A stretch of DNA of 64,000 nucleotides, from contig CAWEJL010000013.1 of the NCBI GenBank assembly GCA_963809385.1, positions 14,043 to 78,042 of the forward strand, in the 5' to 3' direction. This stretch comes from an uncultured Chloroflexia bacterium. Lineage in GTDB: Bacteria > Chloroflexota > Ktedonobacteria > Ktedonobacterales > JADMIN01. Position numbers and translations under genes: made by a program. Below, in pieces: positions 32,198 to 42,789 of the stretch; within the stretch, counting starts at the first letter, position 1, and each line of letters starts with the position of its first letter. The notes beneath the pieces were generated by a model. It was not told the origin of the DNA. It saw nothing but the letters and a program-made list of their open reading frames with translations, and did not search any database.

Positions 32198-33885
32198 TCA
32201 TCCGGGCGTATACACCACATAGCCATCCAGCCGCGTCAGCGTGTAGCCCCACGCCGGGTCAGCCGCCTTGCGGGCCAGCGCCGCCGCCTGGGGCGAGCCA
32301 GCGGGGAAGACGTAGGCCGCGCGCGGGTCCGCCTGGACGGCCGCCACATACGGCGGGTAGCGGTTGTCCCGCGCCTGCCGCAGCCCGGCGCCCAGCACGT
32401 CACAGGTAATCGCGCTCCTGGGAGAGGAAGGCGGTCTTGTAGCACGTCCAGTAGTCGGTGTACATGTGGCGCACGCCCAGCCGCTCCAGGTCGCGAACGA
32501 GCGCCTGATTGGCGGCGGCGTCCGCGCGCGCGGCGGGCGCCTGGGCGTAGGTCGCCGCCACGCCGCCCGCCAGCGCCACCGCCAGCAGCGCCAGCGCCGC
32601 CCACGCCACGCGCGCGCGGCGTCCCTCGCGCCACCCGGCCAGCGCCGCCGTCCACAGCGGATAGACCACCGCCGGCAGCGCGATCAGCAGGCCGATCAGG
32701 TAGCGCGCGTTGCCCAGCGGCCCCGCCGCTTGCGGGCTGATAGTATACAGCCCCAGAACCAGCGCGCCGCCTACGAGCAGCGCCAGCCGGCCCACCTGGA
32801 TGGCCGCCGCGCGCTGATCCGCCGCCGCGCGCCAGCCGCGCCAGGCCAGTTGCGCGGCGATCACCCCCAGCGCCAGAACGCCCAACGACCACGCCAGCCG
32901 CCCGGCGGCGCAGGGCGCCAGGCCCGCGCCGGTCCAGTCCGCGAGCGGCCCGCGCGGGTTGAAGGGCAGCGTACAGACCCAGCCCGCGCCGGTGGCGTCA
33001 GGCAGGGCGACGAACAGCGTCCCGATGATCTGGGTGAACAGGCGCCCAGGCAGTTGCGCCAGCGTCGCCACGCCCTGCGGCTGGAACGCCGCCACCGCGC
33101 TCGGCCCGTTGTCATTCAGATGGGTGAGGAGAAAGAGAATCTGCGGCGCCAGCCCGGCGACCAGCCCCAGCGCCAGCGCGCCCAGCCCCCGCCAGCGTAG
33201 CTCGCCGCGCCGGAACACGACCAGCGGCAGCGGCGCCGCCAGCAGGAACGGCAGGACCAGCGGATCACTCCACCACCCCAGCCCCATCGCCAGCCCCAGC
33301 CCGGCATAGGCCGCCAGCCGCCGCCCGCGTGGCCGCCCACCATCGCCGCCGCCCGCCGGGCTGATCGCCAGCCACGCCGCCAGCAGCAGCGCCAGCGCCC
33401 CGAACAGCAGCGTCTCGGGATAGCCGCCCAGCGCCAGTAGCTGCGCCTTCAGCAGGTCCGGCCCGCCCAGCGCCAGCAGCCCCAGCGCGACCAGCGCGAA
33501 CAACTGGCCATACAGCAGGCGAACCAGCGCGTACATCACCAACGAGAAAGAGGATGAAGAGCAGCAGTAGCCCCAGCCGCAGCGCGAGGACCGAGACGCC
33601 GAAGATCGGGAACAGCAGCGCGCCGAGATACGCCTGGAGCGTCCCCATGTAGACCTGGCCATAGAAAAAGAGCGGGAAATCGCGGCCCGTGGCGATGTGC
33701 AGCGCCATCAGGCCCATCGTGCCCTCGTCGCTGTTCGTCTGTGGCCAGCCAGCGAGGATCAGCCCCAGCCGCGCCAGCGCGCCCGCCGCGATCAGCGCCA
33801 GGGCCAGCCAGCCGCCAGCGCCCAGCGCGAAGCGGCGCGCCGCCGCCCGCGTCTCGCCCGGCGCGGGCGCCTCAGTCGCGGTCAT
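32198..33885 (-). CDS. GT-C (ArnT/PMT-like) membrane glycosyltransferase (frameshifts near 33545 and 32410)
   Basis: NSDE motif after TM1, P.FFYGQ.YMG, many TM helices, RYL, DYW. Confidence 0.75.
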
Positions 33886-34197
33886 ACGGGCATTCCATCG
33901 CGGGAGAGAGACATCGCGCGGCCTTTCGCATCTCGGAAAATCCGAAAAATCCTGGCCTGTACCATATGCCGCCCGCGCCGCGCCCGTCAAGCGACCTGCC
34001 AGGCGAGAAACGCGGGCGGACTGGCGTATACTCCTCATACGGGCTAGCGCCGAGGCGCGCGCACACCCGGCGTCATGGAGCGGAATGGCTCAGACATGCT
34101 CCCAGAGAAGGACGGCTGACAGGAGTAACGGTCGTGGCGTGACACACGAACCGTGCTCCAAACTCGCCTCAAGTGAAAGGTGAAAGGTGAAAGCCCA

Positions 34198-34878
34198 ATG
34201 GCCGATGCGACTCATTCGGTCTATCCGACGCTGATTCCCGTCACCGAGGAGTTGCGCGGACCGCGCGTTGCGCTGCGCCGCCACCGCGCCAGCGACGCGG
34301 CCGACCTCTTCGCCGCGCTGGAGGCTTCACGCGCGCGGCTCGCGCCCTGGCTGCGCGTCCCCGATTCGCTCCAAACCGTCGAGGCGACGCGCGATTGGCT
34401 GATCCGCCGCGAGGCGGGTTGGCTGCTGCGCGAGATATTGAGTTTCACTATCCGTCACGGCGAGACGCGGGACTACCTGGGCAATATCGAATTGCATCAT
34501 ACGGAAATAGGTCCGATCGAGTGGAAGTGGCGCTTCTTCGCGCTCGGCTACTGGCTGCGCGATGGCGCCGAAGGGCAAGGCTATATGAGTGAGGCGGTGC
34601 GGCTCGTGACCGACTACGCGTTCACCGATCTCGCCGCCAAGAAAGTCATCATCCGCTGCGACGCCCGCAACACGCGGAGCGCCGCCGTGGCGGAGCGGTT
34701 GGGCTTCGTACTTGAGGGGCGGCTACGCGCGAGGCGCATACGAAAGATGGCGCGGTCGCCGGCGAGCTGCAATACGCGCTCCTACGCGACGATCCCCGCT
34801 GGCCCTCGGAGATCGGCCTGCGGGGATCAGCGAAGTCTTAATGTAGCGCTTCTGGTCGCGTACGAGTTGAGGGACTGA
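34198..34878 (+). CDS. RimJ/RimL-type GNAT acetyltransferase (C-terminus probably frameshifted)
   Basis: LGYWL....EGQGYMSEAV, N.RSAAVAERLGF..EG. Confidence 0.85.
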   Translation: MADATHSVYPTLIPVTEELRGPRVALRRHRASDAADLFAALEASRARLAPWLRVPDSLQTVEATRDWLIRREAGWLLREILSFTIRHGETRDYLGNIELHHTEIGPIEWKWRFFALGYWLRDGAEGQGYMSEAVRLVTDYAFTDLAAKKVIIRCDARNTRSAAVAERLGFVLEGRLRARRIRKMARSPASCNTRSYATIPAGPRRSACGDQRSLNVALLVAYELRD

Positions 34879-34920
34879 CCCTACCTGGGCTGGCGCGTCG
34901 GCTCCTTAGGAAATGAACGG

Positions 34921-34950
34921 TTGATGTTTGTCGAGCGCGTTGGATATAAT
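34921..34950 (+). promoter_or_regulatory. putative promoter of the MFS gene
   Basis: TTGATG-18-TATAAT. Confidence 0.45.
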
Positions 34951-35097
34951 GCCAGCGGACAGTAATCACCACGCAGCAGGACGCGGCGCAAACTCCACAG
35001 ACCCAGCCAGTCGTTATTCAGGCAGCGACAAGCTCCATCTTGTTAAGCATCCTTGGCGCAGGTCACAGCACAGCAAGGACACTCAAAGGAGCTCTCT

Positions 35098-36450
35098 ATG
35101 GAAACAATGACGACCCAGGTGGACACCGAACCGAAGCCCTCGTTCCTCATCAATCGCAATTTTGCCTTGCTCTGGTTCGGTCAGGCGGTCTCTGCTCTCG
35201 GTGACGTCATCTACTTCGTCACGTTGAGCCTTTGGATCGCGACGGTCATTGCAAAAGGCCAGCCGTGGGCTCCTGCGGCGGTGAGCGGCGTCATGATCGC
35301 GATCGCGCTGCCAACGCTCTTTATGGGGCCTTTGGCGGGTGTATTCGTTGATCGCTGGGATAAGCGCTCGACCATGATCCGCATGGATATGATCCGCGCG
35401 ATCTTGATCCTGCTGCTGATACCGCTCACCGGCCTGGTTCCGCTCCCCTTTCTCTCCTCGTTCTTCGCCGGATCATCTACCGTCACCTGGAAGCTTGGCG
35501 CCATCTACGGCGTGGTCTTCGCCGCCAGCATCTGCTCGCAATTCTTCATGCCCGCGCGCTTTACCATCCTGAGCGAGATCATCCCGGAGCATCAGCGCGC
35601 GCGCGCCAGCGCCATGGAGCAAACCTCCGGCAGCGTCGTCCAAATCATCGGCCCTTTCCTTGCCGCGCCACTGCTATTTGTCATTGGCGTCCAGTGGGCG
35701 CTGCTGGTGAACGCGCTGTCCTTCGTGGTGTCGTTTCTGGCCATTCTCGCGGTACGCGCGCGCTCTATCCCCAAGACCACACAAGCCCCTGCGGAGAAGA
35801 CAAGCTTCTTCACGGAATTCCGTGAAGGGCTCGCCTTCTACGGGCAGAGCCATCTGATGCGCACATTGATGATTTCGGTCCTCATTGTCACGCTGGGTGT
35901 AGGCGCATTCGACGCCCTGCTGGTCTTCTTCTTCCAAACCAATCTGCATGCGCCAACGAGCCTCTATGGCACACTGCCAATGGCCGTTGGAGCGGGGTCA
36001 GTGCTGGGAGCGATTCTTGCGGCGCTGCTGGTCAAGTGGTTAGGCTCAACGCGCGTCTTCTGGCTCAGCCTCTGTATCATTGGGATCTTTCTGATCGCCT
36101 TTGCGCGCCAGACGAGTCTCTGGCCAGCGCTGGCGCTGCTGTGCCTGGTCGGGCTGCCGCTCGGATCGGTCAATACCACCCTCGGGCCACTCGTGATGCA
36201 TGTGGTTCCACATGACATCATGGGGCGCGTCCTGAGCGTCGTTTCGACGAGTCAGACGCTCTGCAATCTGATCTCAGTCTCACTGGCTGGCCTGCTGGGT
36301 ACGCTGCTGGTGGGATTCCACGCCAGGGTACTAGGAATGAGCTTTGGAGCGTACGATACGATCTACCTGTGCACTGGGGCGCTGTTCGTATTGGGCGGAT
36401 GCTATGCGATGGTGAATCTCCGTGGGCTAAAGTTGAAGGAAACGGCTTGA
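35098..36450 (+). CDS. MFS transporter (DHA3/macrolide-efflux-like)
   Basis: NRNFALLWFGQAVS..GD, GVFVDRWDKR, NALSFVVS, MGRV; 12 TM pattern. Confidence 0.88.
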   Translation: METMTTQVDTEPKPSFLINRNFALLWFGQAVSALGDVIYFVTLSLWIATVIAKGQPWAPAAVSGVMIAIALPTLFMGPLAGVFVDRWDKRSTMIRMDMIRAILILLLIPLTGLVPLPFLSSFFAGSSTVTWKLGAIYGVVFAASICSQFFMPARFTILSEIIPEHQRARASAMEQTSGSVVQIIGPFLAAPLLFVIGVQWALLVNALSFVVSFLAILAVRARSIPKTTQAPAEKTSFFTEFREGLAFYGQSHLMRTLMISVLIVTLGVGAFDALLVFFFQTNLHAPTSLYGTLPMAVGAGSVLGAILAALLVKWLGSTRVFWLSLCIIGIFLIAFARQTSLWPALALLCLVGLPLGSVNTTLGPLVMHVVPHDIMGRVLSVVSTSQTLCNLISVSLAGLLGTLLVGFHARVLGMSFGAYDTIYLCTGALFVLGGCYAMVNLRGLKLKETA

Positions 36451-37775
36451 CAACTCCCCACAGCTAAAGCCGGGGGATTCCTGCTTCATCGGGGCGCGCC
36501 GGATTGGGCATGGCCCGCCCCGGTCTTACCGCCTCTCCACAGGCGTGCACCGTGAGCCCCACGGCAAGGATGTTCTTCGCGGCGTTGATGTCGCGGTCAT
36601 GCCGGACGCCGCACGCCGGACACGTCCACTGGCGCACGTCCAGGGATAGGGCGTCGAGCACATGCCCACAGGCATGACAGCGCTTGGAACTGGGATACCA
36701 GCGGTCAATCTTGACCAGCGTGCGCCCGTACCACGTCGCCTTGTACTCCAGTTGGCGCACCAGCTCGCCCCAACCGACATCGCTGATCGCCTTCGCCAGG
36801 GTGTGATTGCGGACCAGGTTCTTGACCGCCAGCGACTCCACGCACACCGTTTGGTTTTCACGAATGAGGCGTGTCGTCAGCTTATGCAGGCCGTCGCGGC
36901 GCTGGTCCGCAATCCGGGCGTGTTCCCGCGCCACCTTCAGGCGCGCTTTCTCGCGGTTCTTGGACCCCTTCTGTTTGCGGGCGAGGCTGCGCTGCGCATG
37001 CTTGAGGCGGCGCTCACTGCGCTGAAGATGGCGCGGGTTGGCGATTTTCTCGCCCGTGCTGAGGACCGCCACGTCTTTCAGCCCGACATCCACCCCCACC
37101 AACGCATTGACGACCGGCAGCGCCGCCACCTCTTCCTCGACCAGGAAGGAGACGAAATAGCGTCCCGCCGTGTCTTTGCTGACGGTGACTGTGGTGGGCG
37201 TGCCGGTGAAGGAGCGCGACCAGTGGATGTCCAGCGGCGCGTCCATCTTCGCCAGTGTCAGCGTGTGTGTCGCGGAGTCCCAGCGAAACGCGCTGCTGGC
37301 GTAGGTCGCCGCTTGCCGTCCATGCTTCTTGTGGAAGCGGGGGTACTTGGCGCGGCCCTCGAAGAAGTTGCGGAACGCCTTGTCCAGGTGACGCAACGCC
37401 TGTTGCAGCGGCACGCTCGACACCTCGTTGAGCCACGCCGTCTCCGGCTGCTGTTTGAGGATCGTCAACGCCGCCGACGCCTCGTGATAGTCGAGGCGTT
37501 CCTGGCGCTCATAGTAGGCGTCAGTGCGCAAGCGCAGCGCCCAGTTGTAGACGAAACGCGCGCTGCCGAACGTCCGCGCCAGCACGGTGTCTTGTGCGGG
37601 CGACGGGTAGAACCGGTAGCGGTACGCGCGTTTCTGTTGCATGCTTACAAGTATAGCGCAGAAGTTGTAAGTAAACCATGGGCGGTAGTTCTCTTTGTAC
37701 GGTTGGCTGCGCCTGCGGGCGCGCGGCGTTTCATCTCCATGCCTCAAGGCAGGGGTCTTCACGCCGCATATCTCG
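36447..37775 (-). mobile_element. IS200/IS605-family (IS1341-like, tnpB-only) element
   Basis: left end follows target TTAT, with a subterminal hairpin preceded by AAGA; right end GAATCCCCCGGCTTTAGCTGTGGGGAGTTG-TCAA; no tnpA. Confidence 0.85.
36464..37642 (-). CDS. tnpB: RNA-guided endonuclease TnpB
   Basis: AYRYRFYP HTH, RuvC-I GVDVG, RuvC-II VESL, zinc finger CHACG..CPACG, RuvC-III DRDINAA.N. Confidence 0.95.
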   Translation of the reverse strand: MQQKRAYRYRFYPSPAQDTVLARTFGSARFVYNWALRLRTDAYYERQERLDYHEASAALTILKQQPETAWLNEVSSVPLQQALRHLDKAFRNFFEGRAKYPRFHKKHGRQAATYASSAFRWDSATHTLTLAKMDAPLDIHWSRSFTGTPTTVTVSKDTAGRYFVSFLVEEEVAALPVVNALVGVDVGLKDVAVLSTGEKIANPRHLQRSERRLKHAQRSLARKQKGSKNREKARLKVAREHARIADQRRDGLHKLTTRLIRENQTVCVESLAVKNLVRNHTLAKAISDVGWGELVRQLEYKATWYGRTLVKIDRWYPSSKRCHACGHVLDALSLDVRQWTCPACGVRHDRDINAAKNILAVGLTVHACGEAVRPGRAMPNPARPDEAGIPRL

Positions 37776-37793
37776 ATAAAGCGCGTATTGGGG

Positions 37794-37952
37794 TCACGAT
37801 ACCGGTTCGCGTGACCACGCCCAACGCATCCACAGCCAACCGCCGATGACCACAACGAGCCACAAAAGCGCAAACAGAATCAGGGGAATCCAGCACGATC
37901 CGCCACGGCGCGCGCCCGGCTCAGGAGCAGGTGAACGCCCCTGGGTACCCAT
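37794..37952 (-). CDS. small single-pass membrane protein (52 aa)
   Basis: GGAAGGA RBS; one hydrophobic helix CWIPLILFALLWLVVVIGGWLW. Confidence 0.5.
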   Translation of the reverse strand: MGTQGRSPAPEPGARRGGSCWIPLILFALLWLVVVIGGWLWMRWAWSREPVS

Positions 37953-38026
37953 CTCGTATCGTCCTTCCCTGTAGCCACATCTCCACACCTCTTTACGTCC
38001 GCATCCTTGCCAGTCTCTCCCCTCAT

Positions 38027-38086
38027 TTCCCCACATTTGTGGATAAATGGCCCATTCATGTGGATAACCCGGTCAAGTTGTCCACA
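38027..38086. promoter_or_regulatory. DnaA-box cluster
   Basis: perfect TGTGGATAA at 38038 and 38059, TTGTCCACA at 38078, TTCCCCACA at 38027. Confidence 0.75.
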
Positions 38087-38192
38087 AGAACGTCGCCCCA
38101 CTTCACAGAAGGCTGTGAGCGGGGCGGCGAAATTGGGAATATTAGGTTGCCGAGCTGGCCCGCGATGGCCTAGGCGTCCACCCGCATTGCCG

Positions 38193-38227
38193 CCCCTCTC
38201 CTTTGAGGAGAGGGGTAGGGGGTGAGG
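38193..38227. repeat. REP-like family C
   Basis: CCCCTCTCCTTTGAGGAGAGGGGTAGGGGGTGAGG. Confidence 0.7.
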
Positions 38228-38237
38228 TCCGCGTCAG

Positions 38238-39113
38238 CTACTCACCCTTCTCGATGGGCGCGCCCACCAGGTTGCCCCATTCCGTCCAGGAGCCGTCGTA
38301 GTTGCGCACGTCGGGATAGCCCAGCAGCTGCGTCAGCGCGAACCAGGTATGCGCCGACCGCTCGCCGATGCGGCAGTACGTCACCACCGGCTTGTCGGGC
38401 GTGATGCCCTGCCCGCCGTAGATGCCGCGTAGCTCCTCGGCGGACTTGAACGTGCCATCGGCGGCGGCGGCGGTCCCCCAGGGGATGCTGCGCGCGCCGG
38501 GGATGTGGCCGCCGCGCTGCGCCCCCTCCTGCGGATAGTTGACCATGTGCAGCAGCCGGCCCGTATACTCGTCAGGCGAGCGCACATCGATCAGCGCCGC
38601 GCTCTTCGCCGCCACCACGTCCTCCACCTGGCGGCGGAAGGCGCGGATGCTCACGTCCGCATCGCGCGCCGTGTAGGCCGTCACCGCGAGGGCTGGAACG
38701 TCGCGCGTATACGCGCGGCCCTCAGCCTCCCACTTGGCGCGCCCGCCGTTCATCAGCCGCAGATCGCCGTGGCCGTACATGCGGAACAGCCAGAAGCTGT
38801 AGGCCGCGTACCAGTTGGACTTGTCGCCGTAGAGCACGATTGTCGTGTCGTTCGTCACCCCATAGCGGCGCATTAGCGCCTCGAAGTCCGCCTTGCTGAC
38901 AAAATCGCGCCGCACCGGGTCCTGCACATCCACATGCCAGTCCAGCTTGACGGCGTTGCGGATATGCCCGATCTCATACAGCAACGGGTCCTCGTCCGCC
39001 TCGATGATCCGCACAGTTGGGTCGTCCAGATGCGCCTCGACCCAGGCCGTATCAACCAGAACCTCAGGATGCGCGTAGCCCTGTGGGCTTGCCGCCGTCT
39101 CCGTCTCCGTCAT
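38238..39113 (-). CDS. two-domain rhodanese / thiosulfate sulfurtransferase
   Basis: GHI..A...DW, DVRSP.EY.G, GHIPGA, active site [16 protein letters not shown]. Confidence 0.93.
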   Translation of the reverse strand: MTETETAASPQGYAHPEVLVDTAWVEAHLDDPTVRIIEADEDPLLYEIGHIRNAVKLDWHVDVQDPVRRDFVSKADFEALMRRYGVTNDTTIVLYGDKSNWYAAYSFWLFRMYGHGDLRLMNGGRAKWEAEGRAYTRDVPALAVTAYTARDADVSIRAFRRQVEDVVAAKSAALIDVRSPDEYTGRLLHMVNYPQEGAQRGGHIPGARSIPWGTAAAADGTFKSAEELRGIYGGQGITPDKPVVTYCRIGERSAHTWFALTQLLGYPDVRNYDGSWTEWGNLVGAPIEKGE

Positions 39114-39249
39114 ATCCCCACGCTCCTCTCGCGTATGCTCGCGTATGCTCGCGCGCCTCGCTTGCGCCGCTTACGTCGCGCTGACCACCACACCGGGCCG
39201 CCGCGCTCCCCATAAGTATAGCGAAGGAGCGCGCGCCGCCGCCCGTCCC

Positions 39250-39352
39250 AGCCCGCGCAGGCGACCTTCGCGGCCGTGGGCGAGCGGAGCGAAGCGCCAC
39301 AGCGGGTTCGGGGCTCCCGCTGGGGCCCCTAGCCGCCGGTTTACCCGCCGGG
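39250..39352. repeat. degenerate family A REP-like element
   Basis: GCGAGCGGAGCGAAGC..GCGGGTTCGGGGCTCCCGC.GGGGCCC resembles segments at 16758 and 29078. Confidence 0.55.
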
Positions 39353-39481
39353 CCATTCCACCGCCGCGCGCAGGCGCCCGCCAGAGTATACGCGGGAGAA
39401 AGTAGACTTCGCAAGTCAACTTCATTAACTATACATGAGACACGCACAATGGGCGACCGCGCGCCGCTGGCGTCCCGCGCC

Positions 39482-40882
39482 TCACCCCACCCGCTGAATA
39501 GGCGACGGCGCCCACTCGCCATCCAGGACCGCCGGTTTGGGCCAGTAGAGCCGCATGATGAGGTTGAATCTGCCCTCTGGGGCCGGGAGCCAGTTCGCCT
39601 CGCGCTCCTCGCCCGGCGAATCGTGCTGGATGTATAGCATGAGCGAGCCATCCGCGTTGTAGCGCAGTGAGTCGCGGTCGCCAATCGCGTAGCGATTGAT
39701 CGGATTCTCCACGAAGAACTGCCGCTCGTTATACATCGTCAGCGACCAGAACCCGTTTACCGGCGGCGTCTCGCCCGCCTCGAAGTGAAGCGTATAGCTC
39801 CGCTGGCCGGTGAGATACTCGCTGTCGCTATCCGTTGTAGCGCGCATGCAAACGTCGTCTTCGGATAGATCGGCCCCCAGCCCGACCAGCGCTACGGCGG
39901 CCCGCTTGAAATAGTCTGTCCCGTACCGCCCCAGTCCCGATGGGATCACCCAGCCATTGACCAGGATGTCGCCAAGCGCGCGCTCCGACGCCGCGATCTT
40001 CGCCCGCGCCGCATCCATGCCTTCGCTCACGGCGCCCGCGATCACCTCATCGAGCCGCGCATGATCCACGCCCACCCCCGGCGCGATACCAATGCGCCCG
40101 ATCCGCTCCATCATCACCGCGTCCGCTGTCGCGGGTGGATTCGTGACCAGCAGCGCGTTCAGCCGGCTGAAGAACGCCATCGCGTCCATGCGCGCCACCT
40201 GGTCCACTGGTGGCTCCCAACGGTTCACATTCGCCGCGACGGAAACATGGTCCGGCGGCGTGTAGGGCGTGCCCCACGCGCTCAGCGGCGTCAGCCGGAA
40301 CCGCTCCTGCAGCGTCCGCACGGCGGCGTAATCGCTCGCGCCATTGGTCTTGACGCGCCCAGTCAGCCACACCATCGCCGTCGGCGTCGCGACCATACGC
40401 ATACCAGCCGGCAGCGTCCCCCGCCAGCCCGGCCAGGTGATAGCGTAATTGCCCGCGCCAGCGCCCGTCGTGCGCGTGCCTGGCGCGGAGAAGACATTTG
40501 TCCAGCCATCCAGCATCGGGACCATATAGTAGCGGCCATTCATATCCGGCAGGCTCAACACCACGGGCTCGCGCGAGACATCCAGCCAGGCGCTGGAGTA
40601 GAGCGTATCGGCGTTCGGGCTGACGACATCAGTAAACGACGGGCCAGGAAACACCCGCATATGGGCGAACTGGTTGACCGGCGCTCGCTGCTCCTCTGGG
40701 CGTGCGGTAGCGGTCATCACCTCGCGCGTCACATCCATCAGCACGAGTGGATAACCGAAGATATACGCATCCTCGGCCAGCTCCCGCGCCTCCGCGACGG
40801 TCAACGTGGCGAACGGCGCCCGTAGCCCCGGTGGCGGCTGCGGCGGCTCGACCTGCTGGCTTATGTCGCTCATGTCATTCAT
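39482..40882 (-). CDS. DUF1254/DUF1214 domain protein
   Basis: YIFGYPLV, VVSPNADTLYS.AWLD, FWSLTMY, NPINRY.I, NWLPAP, RLYWP. Confidence 0.9.
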   Translation of the reverse strand: MNDMSDISQQVEPPQPPPGLRAPFATLTVAEARELAEDAYIFGYPLVLMDVTREVMTATARPEEQRAPVNQFAHMRVFPGPSFTDVVSPNADTLYSSAWLDVSREPVVLSLPDMNGRYYMVPMLDGWTNVFSAPGTRTTGAGAGNYAITWPGWRGTLPAGMRMVATPTAMVWLTGRVKTNGASDYAAVRTLQERFRLTPLSAWGTPYTPPDHVSVAANVNRWEPPVDQVARMDAMAFFSRLNALLVTNPPATADAVMMERIGRIGIAPGVGVDHARLDEVIAGAVSEGMDAARAKIAASERALGDILVNGWVIPSGLGRYGTDYFKRAAVALVGLGADLSEDDVCMRATTDSDSEYLTGQRSYTLHFEAGETPPVNGFWSLTMYNERQFFVENPINRYAIGDRDSLRYNADGSLMLYIQHDSPGEEREANWLPAPEGRFNLIMRLYWPKPAVLDGEWAPSPIQRVG

Positions 40883-41074
40883 CGCGCCACACCTCAATCC
40901 TGTTCCTAAACAGCCGCTCTCCCGCGCAGCGGCGCGCGGGCGGCGCTCGCGTCTGCCGTCCCCGTCCGCACCCCCGGCGCCAGCGGGACAGCATCGCGGG
41001 GATGTGAACAAGGGATTGGCGGAGATTCAAGGAACGGGACATAAATGTGATGAAGCGAAGCGATGCGGCGGCTT

Positions 41075-41692
41075 TTATCGCGCCAGCGGGATGAGCGCCA
41101 CCGCCTGCCAGAGGATGATCCCGACGTAGACCGCGCGCTGGACGAGGCCGAAGTAGGGCCGCAGGCGGGGAAAGAAGCCCGCCGCAAAGAACAGGACCAC
41201 GGCGGCCAGTGTGATGAGAGCGGCGGCGATCAGCAGCGGCGCTGGGCCGCGCCAGGTGTTCCACGCGATGACCGGCTCGGTCAGCGTCAGCGTGGCCAGC
41301 GCGATCAGGCCAAAGCTCACGAGCGCCAGCAGCTGGTGGATCACCACGCGGCGGCTGGGCCGGGCGCCGGACGCCACATCACGGTCGCTCCGCCGGGCGG
41401 GGACGGTGACGAGCAGCAGCCGCGCCAGCCCCAGCGCCACCAGTCCCGCCAGCCCCACCCCCGGCAGCGGCGCGCGCATCTCGACCAGCGCCCCCGCCAT
41501 GCCCAGCGCGCACACCCCCGCCGCCACTTGCGCCAGCGCGTACAACGCCCCGTAGCGGCCATCCGCGTACAGGCTCACCGGGTCGCGCAGCGGGCTATAC
41601 CCCGTAGGCAAGAGATGCAGCGCCACCAGGCAGATGCTATACACCGCGAGCGCGGCCAGGCTCAGGATGACCGGCGCGTGCGCCGCCTGCAT
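41075..41692 (-). CDS. DUF998-like membrane protein
   Basis: LHLL..GYSP...PVS.YA, IH, G..QR motifs. Confidence 0.7.
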   Translation of the reverse strand: MQAAHAPVILSLAALAVYSICLVALHLLPTGYSPLRDPVSLYADGRYGALYALAQVAAGVCALGMAGALVEMRAPLPGVGLAGLVALGLARLLLVTVPARRSDRDVASGARPSRRVVIHQLLALVSFGLIALATLTLTEPVIAWNTWRGPAPLLIAAALITLAAVVLFFAAGFFPRLRPYFGLVQRAVYVGIILWQAVALIPLAR

Positions 41693-41834
41693 GCCCGCGT
41701 CTCCTTCCCAGAAGCCACCCGGCGCCAGCCCGCAAGACCCCTCTGCGCTCGCCTGGGGCGCCCCTAGTATAGTGTAAGGTACTCTAAGGCCGGGGCGCCT
41801 GGCGTGGTACGACTGAAACAGGAGTGGACGGGCA

Positions 41835-42662
41835 ATGGCGATCGAAGACTTCACCGGGACGGTTGCGGTAGTGACCGGCGGCGCGAGCGGAATCGGGCTG
41901 GCGACGGCGCGGGCGCTCTTTGCGCAAGGCGCGAACGTCATCCTGGCGGACATCAGCGAGGCGGGGCTGCGACAGGCGGCGGAGCGGGTGCGCGAGGCCG
42001 CGCCCAGCTCGGCGGCGAGCGTCGCCACGGTCACAACGGACGTAACGGATGACGCGCAGGTTCGGGAGCTCATGCGCCAGGCGCAGGCGTTGGCCGGGCG
42101 CGTTGACCTGGTGGTGGCGTGCGCGGGCATCGGGCGCGGGGGCCGCATCGAGGACCTGCCATCGTCCGAGATGCGCAAGATGATGGACGTCAACTTCCTG
42201 GGCATCTACAACTGCGTCCAGGCGGCGGTCCCCACCATGCGCGCGCAGGGTGGCGGCCACTTCGTGTTGATCAGCTCGGTGGCGGGCAAGCTGGGGGTTC
42301 CGATGCTCTCGGGCTACTGCGCCAGCAAATGGGCCGTGCGCGGCTTCTCGATCGCCATGCGCGCCGAGCTGTATGGGACGGGGATTGGCATCACGACGGT
42401 CTACCCCGCCTGGGTGGACACCCCCATGTTCAAGCAGGCCGCGGAGCAGGACGCTGATTTGCCGATCGAGGTGATGCTCACGCCGGAGCAGGTGGCTGAT
42501 GAGATCCTGGGGGCGGTGCGGGAAGGCAAGCGCGACCTGACGCTGGCGCCAAACCCGGACATCGCGCTGCTCATCGCGCGCACGAAGGATGATACCGACC
42601 GCGCGGAGGATGGCGCCGGCCGGGCGTACTACCGCCGGACGCACCCTCAGCCGGAGCGGTAA
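41835..42662 (+). CDS. short-chain dehydrogenase/reductase
   Basis: TGGASGIG, SSVAG, YCASK. Confidence 0.93.
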   Translation: MAIEDFTGTVAVVTGGASGIGLATARALFAQGANVILADISEAGLRQAAERVREAAPSSAASVATVTTDVTDDAQVRELMRQAQALAGRVDLVVACAGIGRGGRIEDLPSSEMRKMMDVNFLGIYNCVQAAVPTMRAQGGGHFVLISSVAGKLGVPMLSGYCASKWAVRGFSIAMRAELYGTGIGITTVYPAWVDTPMFKQAAEQDADLPIEVMLTPEQVADEILGAVREGKRDLTLAPNPDIALLIARTKDDTDRAEDGAGRAYYRRTHPQPER

Positions 42663-42789
42663 GCGGCAGCGGGCGTGCTGATCGCCAGGCGCAGGCGCGC
42701 GTACGGCATGGCCAGCTACATACCAAGCGGTATTTGGCTGGCCTCGCGGGCTGTACAGCGTCGTGACAGCCACCTGAGAGTTTGCGCCG

